Assembly (NCBI GenBank): GCA_046046525.1
Contig: JBJOJQ010000001.1
Coordinates: forward strand, 1-56,466
Length of the DNA stretch: 56,466 nt
Direction: 5' to 3'
DNA from: Pseudomonadota bacterium
GTDB taxonomy: Bacteria > Pseudomonadota > Alphaproteobacteria > Sphingomonadales > Sphingomonadaceae
This document shows, piece by piece, positions 17,996-26,105 of the stretch; the stretch's first letter is position 1, and every line of letters begins with the position of its first letter. A program made the translations under genes and the position numbers. The notes under the pieces are model-generated. The model was not told where the DNA came from. It did no database searches and saw only the letters and a program-made list of their open reading frames with translations.

Positions 17996-18020
17996 AACGC
18001 AACGGCGCAAAAATTGTTCC
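17996..18020 (-). promoter_or_regulatory. EcfG (sigmaT/ECF15) promoter for the candidate sRNA
   Basis: Minus strand GGAAC-AATTTTTGCGCCGTTG-CGTT (GGAAC-N16-CGTT). Confidence 0.8.
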
Positions 18021-18133
18021 GCCATCTGTAAAAATTTCTGCGCGGCACAGCTTTTCCCGAAAGCGATCACCAGCCAAATGCGATGGACAGACGCTTAAAT
18101 CATCCAGTCTCAAAAAATGATTTTCATCCCGCG

Positions 18134-18158
18134 GGAACGAAATCTTCTGCCGTGTGTT
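18134..18158 (+). promoter_or_regulatory. EcfG promoter for the Crp/Fnr gene
   Basis: GGAAC-GAAATCTTCTGCCGTGT-GTT (N17), 32 nt before GTG 18191. Confidence 0.7.
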
Positions 18159-18190
18159 CTACCCTCACAAAGATAAGGGGAACAACAACT

Positions 18191-18925
18191 GTGCTTTATG
18201 AAGCTTCAGATCCTCGCCACGTCCGCATTCATCCTGCGCAAAGTGATGGTGAAGCCCATGCCTTTGACGGCATTGCGCTCAACATCCGCCAACATCAGCA
18301 TCTCGCGCGCGCGGCGGAACGTCCCGATCATCTCTATCAGATCCTCAGCGGCTGGGTAGGCCGGTATCGCCTGCTGTCGGATGGGCGACGCCAGATTACG
18401 GCGCTCTATCTGCCGGGAGATGTCTGTGACCCCTGCTGGCTGGAAGGCGGCCGGACGGTCCAATCCGTCGTGGCCTTGACGCCGCTGCAAACCATTCGCG
18501 TCGGGCGCCGCGATCTGGAGGCGCAGGCTGCTGCGGATATCGGGCTGCTGAAATATCTGTGGCATCAAACCCGGTTTGCACAACAGGTCCAGGGCGAATG
18601 GCTTGTCAATCTGGGCCGCAAAACCGCGATCGAACGGCTGTCGCACCTGCTGTGTGAAGTGCATACGCGCCTGCGTCTGGCAGGGCAGACCCGCGGCCTA
18701 TCGTGCGATATGCCGCTGACGCAGCTGGATCTGGCCGATCTGGCCGGGCTGACCCCGGTGCATGTCAACCGGACGTTGCAGGAAATGCGCGGCATGGGGT
18801 TGATCGAACTGCAATCGCGCCGGCTGACGATCTTGGATTGGCCAACGCTGCGTCGGATCGCCTGGTTTGATCCGCATTATCTTGGCATTGCGGCGACCGA
18901 CGAGCATCTGCAAGCGGCGGCCTGA
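18191..18925 (+). CDS. Crp/Fnr family transcriptional regulator
   Basis: ILSGWVGRYRLLSDGRRQITALYLPGD, LGRKTAIERLSHLL, HTH LTQLDLADLAGLTPVHVNRTL. GTG start after an AAGGGG SD. Confidence 0.92.
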   Translation: MLYEASDPRHVRIHPAQSDGEAHAFDGIALNIRQHQHLARAAERPDHLYQILSGWVGRYRLLSDGRRQITALYLPGDVCDPCWLEGGRTVQSVVALTPLQTIRVGRRDLEAQAAADIGLLKYLWHQTRFAQQVQGEWLVNLGRKTAIERLSHLLCEVHTRLRLAGQTRGLSCDMPLTQLDLADLAGLTPVHVNRTLQEMRGMGLIELQSRRLTILDWPTLRRIAWFDPHYLGIAATDEHLQAAA

Positions 18926-18957
18926 TCTGGCCAGGGGCGCGCAGACCAAAGGCCTGT

Positions 18958-19539
18958 TCAGTCTGCCGAAAAAAGTGCGGGCGAACAGGCCCCCGCCTTG
19001 CCCGGTGTTTCGGGCGCGTCCAAAGGCGGGCCGTCAATAAGCGCAGCCAGCGCAACGCGCCCGCGGGCGAGCCGGCTTTTGATCGTACCTATGGCGCAGC
19101 CGATAATTTCTGCCGCTTCCTCATAAGACACGCCATTCGCGCCGATCAGCAACAACACCTCGCGCTGTTCCGCCGGCAGTTTCAGCAATGCGGCATGCAC
19201 ATCATGCACATTCAGCCGGTCCTGCTGCGTCGGCGCGGCCACCAGAACCCGTTCCGCCAGATCCGGATCCCAGGCGACCATCCGCGCGTTCTTGCGCAGC
19301 GTTGTGTAATAATGATTGCGCAGGATCATGAAGATCCAGGCCCGGAAATTTGTTCCCGGTGTATAGCTTTGCCGGGCCGCCCAGGCGCGTGTCATCGCAT
19401 CCTGAACCATATCATCGGCCAGATCACGATTGCCGCACAAGCCGCGCGCAAAGGCACGTAAAGACGGAATAATGGCAATCAGCTGGTCTCGGAAATCCCG
19501 ATCAAGCTGGCCAGCGGACGGATCAGGCGCGCCCGTCAT
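18958..19539 (-). CDS. ecfG: ECF15 sigma factor EcfG (general stress response)
   Basis: IPSLRAFARGL, ADDMVQD, GTNFRAWIFMILRN, SYEEAAEIIGCAIGTIKSRLARGR; in a nepR-ecfG operon divergent from phyR. Confidence 0.93.
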   Translation of the reverse strand: MTGAPDPSAGQLDRDFRDQLIAIIPSLRAFARGLCGNRDLADDMVQDAMTRAWAARQSYTPGTNFRAWIFMILRNHYYTTLRKNARMVAWDPDLAERVLVAAPTQQDRLNVHDVHAALLKLPAEQREVLLLIGANGVSYEEAAEIIGCAIGTIKSRLARGRVALAALIDGPPLDAPETPGKAGACSPALFSAD

Positions 19540-19727
19540 TCCTCAACCGCCTGCCCGGCAATCTTGCGTTCAATCTGATCCAACAGACGCAGAAAATCAT
19601 CAGGCAGGGGCTCAGCCACAACATCATCATGCAGCCGGCGCAATGCCAGAGCGACCGGATCCTCACCCGGATAGCTTTGCTCATTGGAAGCTCTGGCGCT
19701 TTCTTCAGGCGCTCTGTTCTTCGGCAT
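19536..19727 (-). CDS. nepR: Anti-sigma factor NepR
   Basis: VALALRRLHDDVVAEPLPDDFLRLLDQI NepR core; ATGA overlap with ecfG; GAGGA SD before MPKNRAP. Confidence 0.9.
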   Translation of the reverse strand: MPKNRAPEESARASNEQSYPGEDPVALALRRLHDDVVAEPLPDDFLRLLDQIERKIAGQAVEE

Positions 19728-19844
19728 CGCGGTCGGTTCCTCTTTGGTCAAAGAAACAGCTTTTACTACGATGTCCGATTTGCCTATAAAAGTCACCAGT
19801 AAAGCCCCCTTGCACGGCACAGAAGACTGCATCGCGACAAAGAC

Positions 19845-19869
19845 AACGGATAGGAGAAGATATTGTTCC
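19845..19869 (-). promoter_or_regulatory. EcfG promoter for nepR-ecfG
   Basis: Minus strand GGAAC-AATATCTTCTCCTATC-CGTT (N16-CGTT). Confidence 0.85.
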
Positions 19870-19877
19870 GCGTGCGG

Positions 19878-19902
19878 GGAACTTTCTTTTTCAAATGCGG
19901 TT
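19878..19902 (+). promoter_or_regulatory. EcfG promoter for phyR
   Basis: GGAAC-TTTCTTTTTCAAATGCG-GTT (N17), 23 nt before the phyR ATG. Confidence 0.8.
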
Positions 19903-19925
19903 CACCCCTATGAGCGGGAGGAATT

Positions 19926-20708
19926 ATGAGCTTTTTGACGTCCGTTACGGCCGAATTGCCGTATCTGCGCCGATATGCGCGGGCAGTGACCGGTTCGCAG
20001 CTTTTAGGAGACACCGCAGTTCGAGAGACGCTGGAGTCGCTGCTGAAAACGCCCGATGAATTTGATCTGACCCAGCCCCCCAAGCTTGAGCTTTATCGGA
20101 TTTTTCATCATCTCTGGCGGTCAGACACCATTCCGGCCCTGACATCCGCCGGCCCCATTGCGCATTTGACACAAAGATCGCGCCAGGCGCTGCTGCTGAC
20201 CGCGGTTGAAGGCTTTTCAGAACCCGAAGCGGCCCGCATTCTGAAAATCAGCGATCAGGACATCCGCGCCGATATCGAAGCAGCGCGCCAGCAACTCGCC
20301 GAAGATCTGGCCACAGATGTCATGATCATCGAAGATGAAACGATCATTGCGCTGCACATCAAATCCATCGTGCGCGATCTGGGCCATCGCGTTGTCGGCG
20401 TCGCCCGGACGCATGGCGAAGCGGTTGATCTGGCCCGCGACACCGCGCCAGAGCTGGTGCTGGCCGATATCTGCCTTGCCGATGGCTCCAGCGGTATCGA
20501 TGCCGTGAAGGATATCCTGTCGGACATGAATGTGCCGGTGATCTTTGTCACCGCCTTTCCAGAACGGCTGTTGACGGGGGAACGCCCTGAACCGACCTAT
20601 CTGATCACCAAGCCTTTTGATGCTGCTGTGCTGACCGCAACGATTGCGCAGGCGCTGTTGTTCCACCGTGAACAACAGGCCATCCGCACCGAACAGGCCG
20701 CTGCCTGA
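19926..20708 (+). CDS. phyR: Anti-anti-sigma response regulator PhyR
   Basis: N-terminal sigma-like ELPYLRRYARAVTGSQ; C-terminal receiver IIEDE, LADICLADGSSG, FVTAFPERLLTGERPEPTYLITKPF. Confidence 0.95.
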   Translation: MSFLTSVTAELPYLRRYARAVTGSQLLGDTAVRETLESLLKTPDEFDLTQPPKLELYRIFHHLWRSDTIPALTSAGPIAHLTQRSRQALLLTAVEGFSEPEAARILKISDQDIRADIEAARQQLAEDLATDVMIIEDETIIALHIKSIVRDLGHRVVGVARTHGEAVDLARDTAPELVLADICLADGSSGIDAVKDILSDMNVPVIFVTAFPERLLTGERPEPTYLITKPFDAAVLTATIAQALLFHREQQAIRTEQAAA

Positions 20709-20720
20709 CGCGCAGCGGCG

Positions 20721-22175
20721 CTAGGCGTCGGACACAGCGGTTGTCAGCCCCAGATCCGGCACGCCGATCGACCGGCGGCCGCCAAAATCCGTGCGCACGA
20801 CGATGAGCCCGCTTTTTTCCATATGCTCGATCAAGCGGCGCACACGCCCCGGTGACCGCGTGCCATAAGCGCGGGCAAAGGCATCATCGCTGGGGCATGG
20901 TGCACCGGCAAGGGCGGCACGGGCAATCATCAAAAATGGCGCCAGCATGTCATCCGGAACCTTGTCCGCAAGCGCCACAACATCGCGCCATTGCGCATCG
21001 TCCAGATCGAAAATACCAGCAACGGCCATTGCCAGACGCCGCTGAAATTGCGGCAGATCCAGCGGCGCGCGGGGCAGTTTGTGCATCCGGCAACGGACCG
21101 TAAAATCCTGATACAGCGCAGCCGCCGGCTGAAACGCGCAGTCCGGATCATCCACCATGTCCTGCAAGACAGCACAGATCACGCCTGCTGCATCTGCCCC
21201 CATCTGCGCGGCCGGCACGGGCGCCTGTGATGCCGCCGCAACCTGATCCAGGATCGCCGCGCTGGGCGGCGGCGGCGGGACGGGATCCATGGCGGGCGCA
21301 GGCGCCGGCAAAATGGCGGCCTCTTCGGTATCGAACAGCATCGCCTGCAGCGCCGATCCATCTGCCGTTGGCAGCGGCAACAGGCTGTGCGTGCCCATGC
21401 GGGTGCTGGTTTTGACCGCGCCGATCTTGATCGCAACGGGGCGGCGGCAAATCGCCGGGCCAAGCGCCAGAAACTGCCCACGATCAAGATCCCGGATGGT
21501 TTCAGCCTGTTTGCGTTCCATCCCCAAAAGGTCAGCCGCGCGGGCCATATCGATATCCAAAAAGGTCCGGCCCATCAGGAAATTCGACGCCTCAGCCGCC
21601 ACATTCTTGGCAAGCTTGGCCAGCCGCTGCGTCGCGATGATTCCGGCCAGACCACGTTTGCGGCCCCGGCACATCAGGTTCGTCATCGCCCCAAGGCTCA
21701 GGCGGCGGATATCGTCGCTGACATCACCGGCAACCGCGGGCGCAAACATCTGGGCTTCATCCACGATCACCAGCGCCGGATACCAATGATCGCGCGGTGC
21801 CTCAAAAATCGTGGCCAGAAATGAGGCGGCACAGCGCATCTGGGCTTCGAGGTCGAGATTGTCGAGCGCCAGCACAACCGAGGCCCGGTGTTCGCGCACG
21901 CGGCTCGCCATGCGGGTGATTTCGCGCGCATCATAGGCCCCGGCGTCAATCACGATATGGCCAAAGGCATCGGCAAGCGTCACAAAATCGCCTTCCGGAT
22001 CAATCACAATCTGTTGCACAAGGCCGGCGCTTTCTTCGAGCAACCGGCGCAGCAAATGCGACTTTCCAGACCCACTATTGCCCTGCACAAGCAATCGGGT
22101 CGCCAATAATTCTTCGATGTCGATATGGACCGGCGCGCCGAGTTTATCGGTGCCAATCTCGATACTTGCCTTCAC
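20721..22175 (-). CDS. HerA/FtsK-superfamily (DUF87-like) ATP-binding protein
   Basis: Walker A QGNSGSGKS, IDPEGDF, Walker B VIVDEAQ, RGRKRGL, ATQR; Pro-rich linker and wHTH-like C-terminus. GTG start at VKASIEIG is inferred. Confidence 0.85.
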   Translation of the reverse strand: MKASIEIGTDKLGAPVHIDIEELLATRLLVQGNSGSGKSHLLRRLLEESAGLVQQIVIDPEGDFVTLADAFGHIVIDAGAYDAREITRMASRVREHRASVVLALDNLDLEAQMRCAASFLATIFEAPRDHWYPALVIVDEAQMFAPAVAGDVSDDIRRLSLGAMTNLMCRGRKRGLAGIIATQRLAKLAKNVAAEASNFLMGRTFLDIDMARAADLLGMERKQAETIRDLDRGQFLALGPAICRRPVAIKIGAVKTSTRMGTHSLLPLPTADGSALQAMLFDTEEAAILPAPAPAMDPVPPPPPSAAILDQVAAASQAPVPAAQMGADAAGVICAVLQDMVDDPDCAFQPAAALYQDFTVRCRMHKLPRAPLDLPQFQRRLAMAVAGIFDLDDAQWRDVVALADKVPDDMLAPFLMIARAALAGAPCPSDDAFARAYGTRSPGRVRRLIEHMEKSGLIVVRTDFGGRRSIGVPDLGLTTAVSDA

Positions 22176-22313
22176 GCGGCCTGCCTTGGCCGAGTCGTGG
22201 CACCGCTGCAAGTGACGTGCCATGCCTGCCCATCTGAGATGTGCAAAACACGCGCTATGCACCGATTTGAGAAGACGCTACCCATGCGCCTCCTGATCCT
22301 TTAGGACATAGCC

Positions 22314-23342
22314 ATGAGCAGGACCGGGCAGCGGCGGATCACCGCCTATGACATTGCCTATAAGCTGGGCATCGCGCAGTCGACCGTGTCTCGCGCGCTC
22401 AACGGCAATAAGAATGTCAGCCCGGCCATGCGGCAACGCGTGCTGCTGGCCGCGCAAGAACTGAATTATTCGGTTAATCAGGCGGCGGCCCGGCTGCGCA
22501 CCAAAAGCACGCGCACGCTGGCGCTGGTTGTGCTCCATCGCCCGGATGAAGGGCCAACCGAAATCAACCCCTTTTACTTCTCGCTGCTCGGCTGTGTCGG
22601 CGCATCGGCCGCTGCGCGCGGCTATGATCTGCTCGTCTCGTTTCAGGATGTGGGCGGCCAGTTATTCGGCTTTTACGAAGACAGTCGGCAGGCGGACGGG
22701 TTGATCGTCATCGGCAGTTCGCAGAATGAGGATGCCTGGCGTTATTTCAAGGGCATTGCGGATGACGGCTATGCCGTTGTTTTCTTTGGCTCCCCTTATG
22801 CGACAGAAACCGCGATCCGCGCCGATAATCGCACGGGCGGTGCCATGGCCGCCCGCCATCTGGTTGCACAGGGCTGTCGGCGGATTGCCTATATTGGCCC
22901 GCCCCGCCCGGCGCAGCAGCAATTTGAGGCACGCTTTGCGGGCTTTGCCGACGCGCTGGCCGATCACGGCCTGACCCCGGTGATGGCGGACATTCCCTCT
23001 GGCCTGTCCAAGGAAGAACAAGGCGCCGCGGCGATCGACAATCTGTTGTCGGCGCATCCCGATGTCGATGGCGTCTTTGCCGTGACCGATTTATTTGCGA
23101 TTGGCGCGCTTCAGAAATTGCAGGAACGCGGCATTGATGTGCCCCACCAAATGGCCGTTATCGGCTTTGATGGCATCCGCGCCGGGCTTTACGCTTATCC
23201 GACGCTGACGACGATTGAGCAGGATCTGGGCCGCGCCGGCGAAATGCTGGTCGACAATGTGATTGCCGCCATCAATGGCACGCCGGCGCCCGTGGAAACG
23301 GTGCCCGTCAATCTCCAGATCCGGGGCAGCAGCCGCGCCTAA
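22314..23342 (+). CDS. LacI family transcriptional regulator
   Basis: ITAYDIAYKLGIAQSTVSRALN HTH, NPFYF, DNRTGG, VIGFDGI, PTLTTIEQD. Confidence 0.95.
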   Translation: MSRTGQRRITAYDIAYKLGIAQSTVSRALNGNKNVSPAMRQRVLLAAQELNYSVNQAAARLRTKSTRTLALVVLHRPDEGPTEINPFYFSLLGCVGASAAARGYDLLVSFQDVGGQLFGFYEDSRQADGLIVIGSSQNEDAWRYFKGIADDGYAVVFFGSPYATETAIRADNRTGGAMAARHLVAQGCRRIAYIGPPRPAQQQFEARFAGFADALADHGLTPVMADIPSGLSKEEQGAAAIDNLLSAHPDVDGVFAVTDLFAIGALQKLQERGIDVPHQMAVIGFDGIRAGLYAYPTLTTIEQDLGRAGEMLVDNVIAAINGTPAPVETVPVNLQIRGSSRA

Positions 23343-23373
23343 GCCGGGGCTGCCGTCACGACAGATCTGGGGA

Positions 23374-24165
23374 TCAGGCCATGCCTTTGGCCAGATCCAT
23401 GCGGGATGCGTCACCAATCTGCGAGCCGCCGTCGCAATCCAATATGGTGCCCGTGATATATGATGCGGCGGGCGAACACAGGAAAACCGCGGATTCGGCA
23501 ACCTCTTCAATTTCGCCCCAGCGCTTCATGGCGATCCGATCAAAATGCTTTTGCCGCGTATTGGCGTCGGGCGCGAGCCGCGCCATGCCTTCGGTGTTCG
23601 CAATCGGGCCCGGTGAGATGCCATTGACGCGGACATGCGGCCCCCATTCCAGCGCAAGTACGCGGATCAGCTGGTTGATGCCCGCCTTGGCGGCACAGGC
23701 ATGCGCCTGCAAGGCAGAGGCATTGATCGCCTGACCGGCCGTGATGGCAATCAACGACGCGCCGGGCAGGTTGAGCAGATCATGACAGCCGCGAAACACA
23801 TTGAAGGTGCCGTTCAGGTCAATATCAACAACCGTGCGAAACGCATTGGCCGACATGCCCAGCACGGGCGCCAGAAAATTGCCCGCCGCGCCAGAAACGA
23901 CAATGTCCATTTTGCCAAACCGATCGACAACCTGTTCCATCGCCCCGCGGATCGCGCCATAATCACGGACATCGGCGGACAGGCCAAGCGCATCCGGACC
24001 AATGTCACGCGCGGCATTGGCGGCCTTTTCGGGATTGCGGCCGCAGACCGCAACCTTGGCACCCAATTGGGCATAACGCTTCGCAATCCCCAGATTAATG
24101 CCGCTGGTGCCGCCGGCCACAAAGGCCACTTTCCCGACCAAAAGATCGTCCCTAAAACTGCTCAT
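23374..24165 (-). CDS. SDR oxidoreductase (2,4-dienoyl-CoA reductase-like)
   Basis: AGGTSGINLG, GAAGNF, AHACAAKAG, VNGISPGPI, DGG. Confidence 0.88.
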   Translation of the reverse strand: MSSFRDDLLVGKVAFVAGGTSGINLGIAKRYAQLGAKVAVCGRNPEKAANAARDIGPDALGLSADVRDYGAIRGAMEQVVDRFGKMDIVVSGAAGNFLAPVLGMSANAFRTVVDIDLNGTFNVFRGCHDLLNLPGASLIAITAGQAINASALQAHACAAKAGINQLIRVLALEWGPHVRVNGISPGPIANTEGMARLAPDANTRQKHFDRIAMKRWGEIEEVAESAVFLCSPAASYITGTILDCDGGSQIGDASRMDLAKGMA

Positions 24166-24192
24166 CCGCTTATCCTTTCGCTCAATCCTGCG

Positions 24193-24975
24193 TCACTGTG
24201 CCTGCGCCCGGCCACGGTCCATGACGGCACGGCGCCGGTCCTCAACTGCATCGGCTGAAACCTGCCGGTTCGCCGCAGATGAAAGCTCTGCCTCCAGCGC
24301 CAGGCCATCGCCAAAATCCATGGCAAAACCCCGATTGATCAAGGCCTTGTAGTTCCGCAACATGGCCGGATCGATGCTTGCCATATCGCGGGCCAATTGC
24401 TTGGCCGTCGGCAACAGCGCGTCCGGGCTGACCACCCGATTGACCAGGCCCCAGTCACAGGCCGTTTGCGCGTCCAGAAAATTGCCGGTGAACGACAATT
24501 CCCGCGCGCGATAAATGCCAATCAGGCGGGACAGTTTTTGTGACAAGCCCCAGCCCGGCATAATGCCCACACGCGCATGCGTATCGGCAAAGCGCGCCTG
24601 GGTTGATGCGATCAGCACATCGCATGCCAACGCCACTTCAAAACCGCCGGTAATCGCCACACCGTTGATCGCGCCAATCACCGGCTTGGTGCAGCCTTCA
24701 ATGGCACGGACGGGGTTGCGCTGGGCATCCGTCGCATTGGCATCGCCCAGATTGCCCGTGTCTGCGCCCAATTCTTTCAGGTCCAGTCCGGCGGTAAAGG
24801 CGCGATCCCCTGCCCCGGTCAAAATAATCGCGCGGATGGCCTCATCCTGTTCCAGCGCCACCATGGCCTGTGCAAGCTCTGCCCGCAGCGCGGCCGACAG
24901 CGCGTTCATCGCCTCGGGCCGGTTCAGCGTGACAACGGCAACAGCCTCTTCACGATCAATCAAAATCAGCGACAT
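24193..24975 (-). CDS. Enoyl-CoA hydratase/isomerase
   Basis: TLNRPEAMNAL, AFTAGLDL, KPVIGAINGVAITGGFE, FADTHARVGIMPGWG. Confidence 0.93.
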   Translation of the reverse strand: MSLILIDREEAVAVVTLNRPEAMNALSAALRAELAQAMVALEQDEAIRAIILTGAGDRAFTAGLDLKELGADTGNLGDANATDAQRNPVRAIEGCTKPVIGAINGVAITGGFEVALACDVLIASTQARFADTHARVGIMPGWGLSQKLSRLIGIYRARELSFTGNFLDAQTACDWGLVNRVVSPDALLPTAKQLARDMASIDPAMLRNYKALINRGFAMDFGDGLALEAELSSAANRQVSADAVEDRRRAVMDRGRAQAQ

Positions 24976-25006
24976 CGGGATCTCCTTGTCGCTGTGATCG
25001 ACCAGC

Positions 25007-25022
25007 CTTACGTTTACGTCAA
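25007..25022. promoter_or_regulatory. LiuR-type (MerR family) operator
   Basis: CTTACGTTTACGTCAA (minus TTGACGTAAACGTAAG) ~30 nt upstream of the enoyl-CoA hydratase; ACGT-NN-ACGT dyad overlapping a TTGACG -35. Confidence 0.7.
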
Positions 25023-25032
25023 GAGCAGCGCC

Positions 25033-25944
25033 CTAAACCAGCCGATCGCCCGGCGCCATGGCGGACAGCAAGCGCGTCATCGCTTGGGCCGCGCTGTCCG
25101 ACAGGCGAATGAAGATCCGGCGCCCATCCACAGGATCCGCCACGCGTTCAAACAGGCCTTGATCGGTCATCATCTTGATCCAGCGTAGCGCTGTTGTGGG
25201 CGGCACACAGGCGGCGATGCACAGGCTGGACACCGATACCTGGATGCGTTCCAGCCGCGCCGCCATCAGATCAAGCAGCATATCCCAGGCGGGGTCCGCA
25301 AAGAGATTGCTGTCAAAAAAGCGGTCACGCAGCCGACGCTGCCGGATCATGCCGCGGATCATACGCACGGAAAGCGCGCCATCATCTGTGGCCGGTTCTG
25401 GAAAGAAACCGGGCCGCAGATCCGCGACAGCGGCGCCCGATAAGGGGCCAGCCGCCGACAAATTGGCCAGCGTACGTGCAATCCGCCCCACCTCATCCGC
25501 CAGCCGTTGCAGGCGCACGGCATCCACATCGCGCGATATGTCGGACAGCAAGCCGGGCCGCATGCTCAGCGCGACAGAGATGGTCGCCGCATAATCCCCC
25601 ATATCGGGCTCTGACAAAACGGAATGGCATAAAGACCATAGCCGGTCGGGCACATGATCAATCACAGGCAGCGGCGCCGACAAAATGACGGGGCAATGAA
25701 TGCGCGCCGCATCATCGGCAAGCGCCACCCAATGATCGGGATCGGTGCGATCATCCTGCCCCACCGCCAGGATCAATAAATCCGGACACCCGTCCAGGCC
25801 GCTGCCCGATGCCATGCGGCTGTGCGACGCCCGGACCGACAGGCCACCCAAGGCCGTGATCAACGGGCCGGGCATGAAGGCGCCGGTCGTGATGATTTCA
25901 ACAGAGGGCGTGGCGTGTCTTGCCTGCGCGAAAAAATTGTCCAT
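25033..25944 (-). CDS. Winged-helix (MarR-like) domain protein
   Basis: C-terminal RRLRDRFF..LFADPAWDMLLDL...VSSLCIAACVPPTTALRWI...DPVDGRRIFIRLS; N-terminal region unassigned. Confidence 0.82.
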   Translation of the reverse strand: MDNFFAQARHATPSVEIITTGAFMPGPLITALGGLSVRASHSRMASGSGLDGCPDLLILAVGQDDRTDPDHWVALADDAARIHCPVILSAPLPVIDHVPDRLWSLCHSVLSEPDMGDYAATISVALSMRPGLLSDISRDVDAVRLQRLADEVGRIARTLANLSAAGPLSGAAVADLRPGFFPEPATDDGALSVRMIRGMIRQRRLRDRFFDSNLFADPAWDMLLDLMAARLERIQVSVSSLCIAACVPPTTALRWIKMMTDQGLFERVADPVDGRRIFIRLSDSAAQAMTRLLSAMAPGDRLV

Positions 25945-26105
25945 GCAGTCTCATCCGGCCGTCAATCATTGTACAATACCGTCATATCTGCACAGGGTCG
26001 CGCGAAAAATACTCCATTTCCGAACCATAAAACATCATGGAAAATCAGATATATCGTCGCGATTCGCGCAGAAATGCGCACAAATCTGTCGGCAATGGAC
26101 GCGAC

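Noticed and set aside
17791-18048. 85-aa minus-strand ORF (or internal MIDQVFG... start) in the YqgE-Crp gap
   Set aside because: The long form spans the EcfG promoter; the short form has a C-run instead of an SD; both read through a strong terminator. A non-coding RNA fits better, though a peptide is not formally excluded.
22241-22262. GTGCA-N12-TGCAC dyad between the ATPase and lacI as a LacI operator
   Set aside because: Arms are short and the centre does not resemble a LacI-family operator; not supportable from sequence alone.
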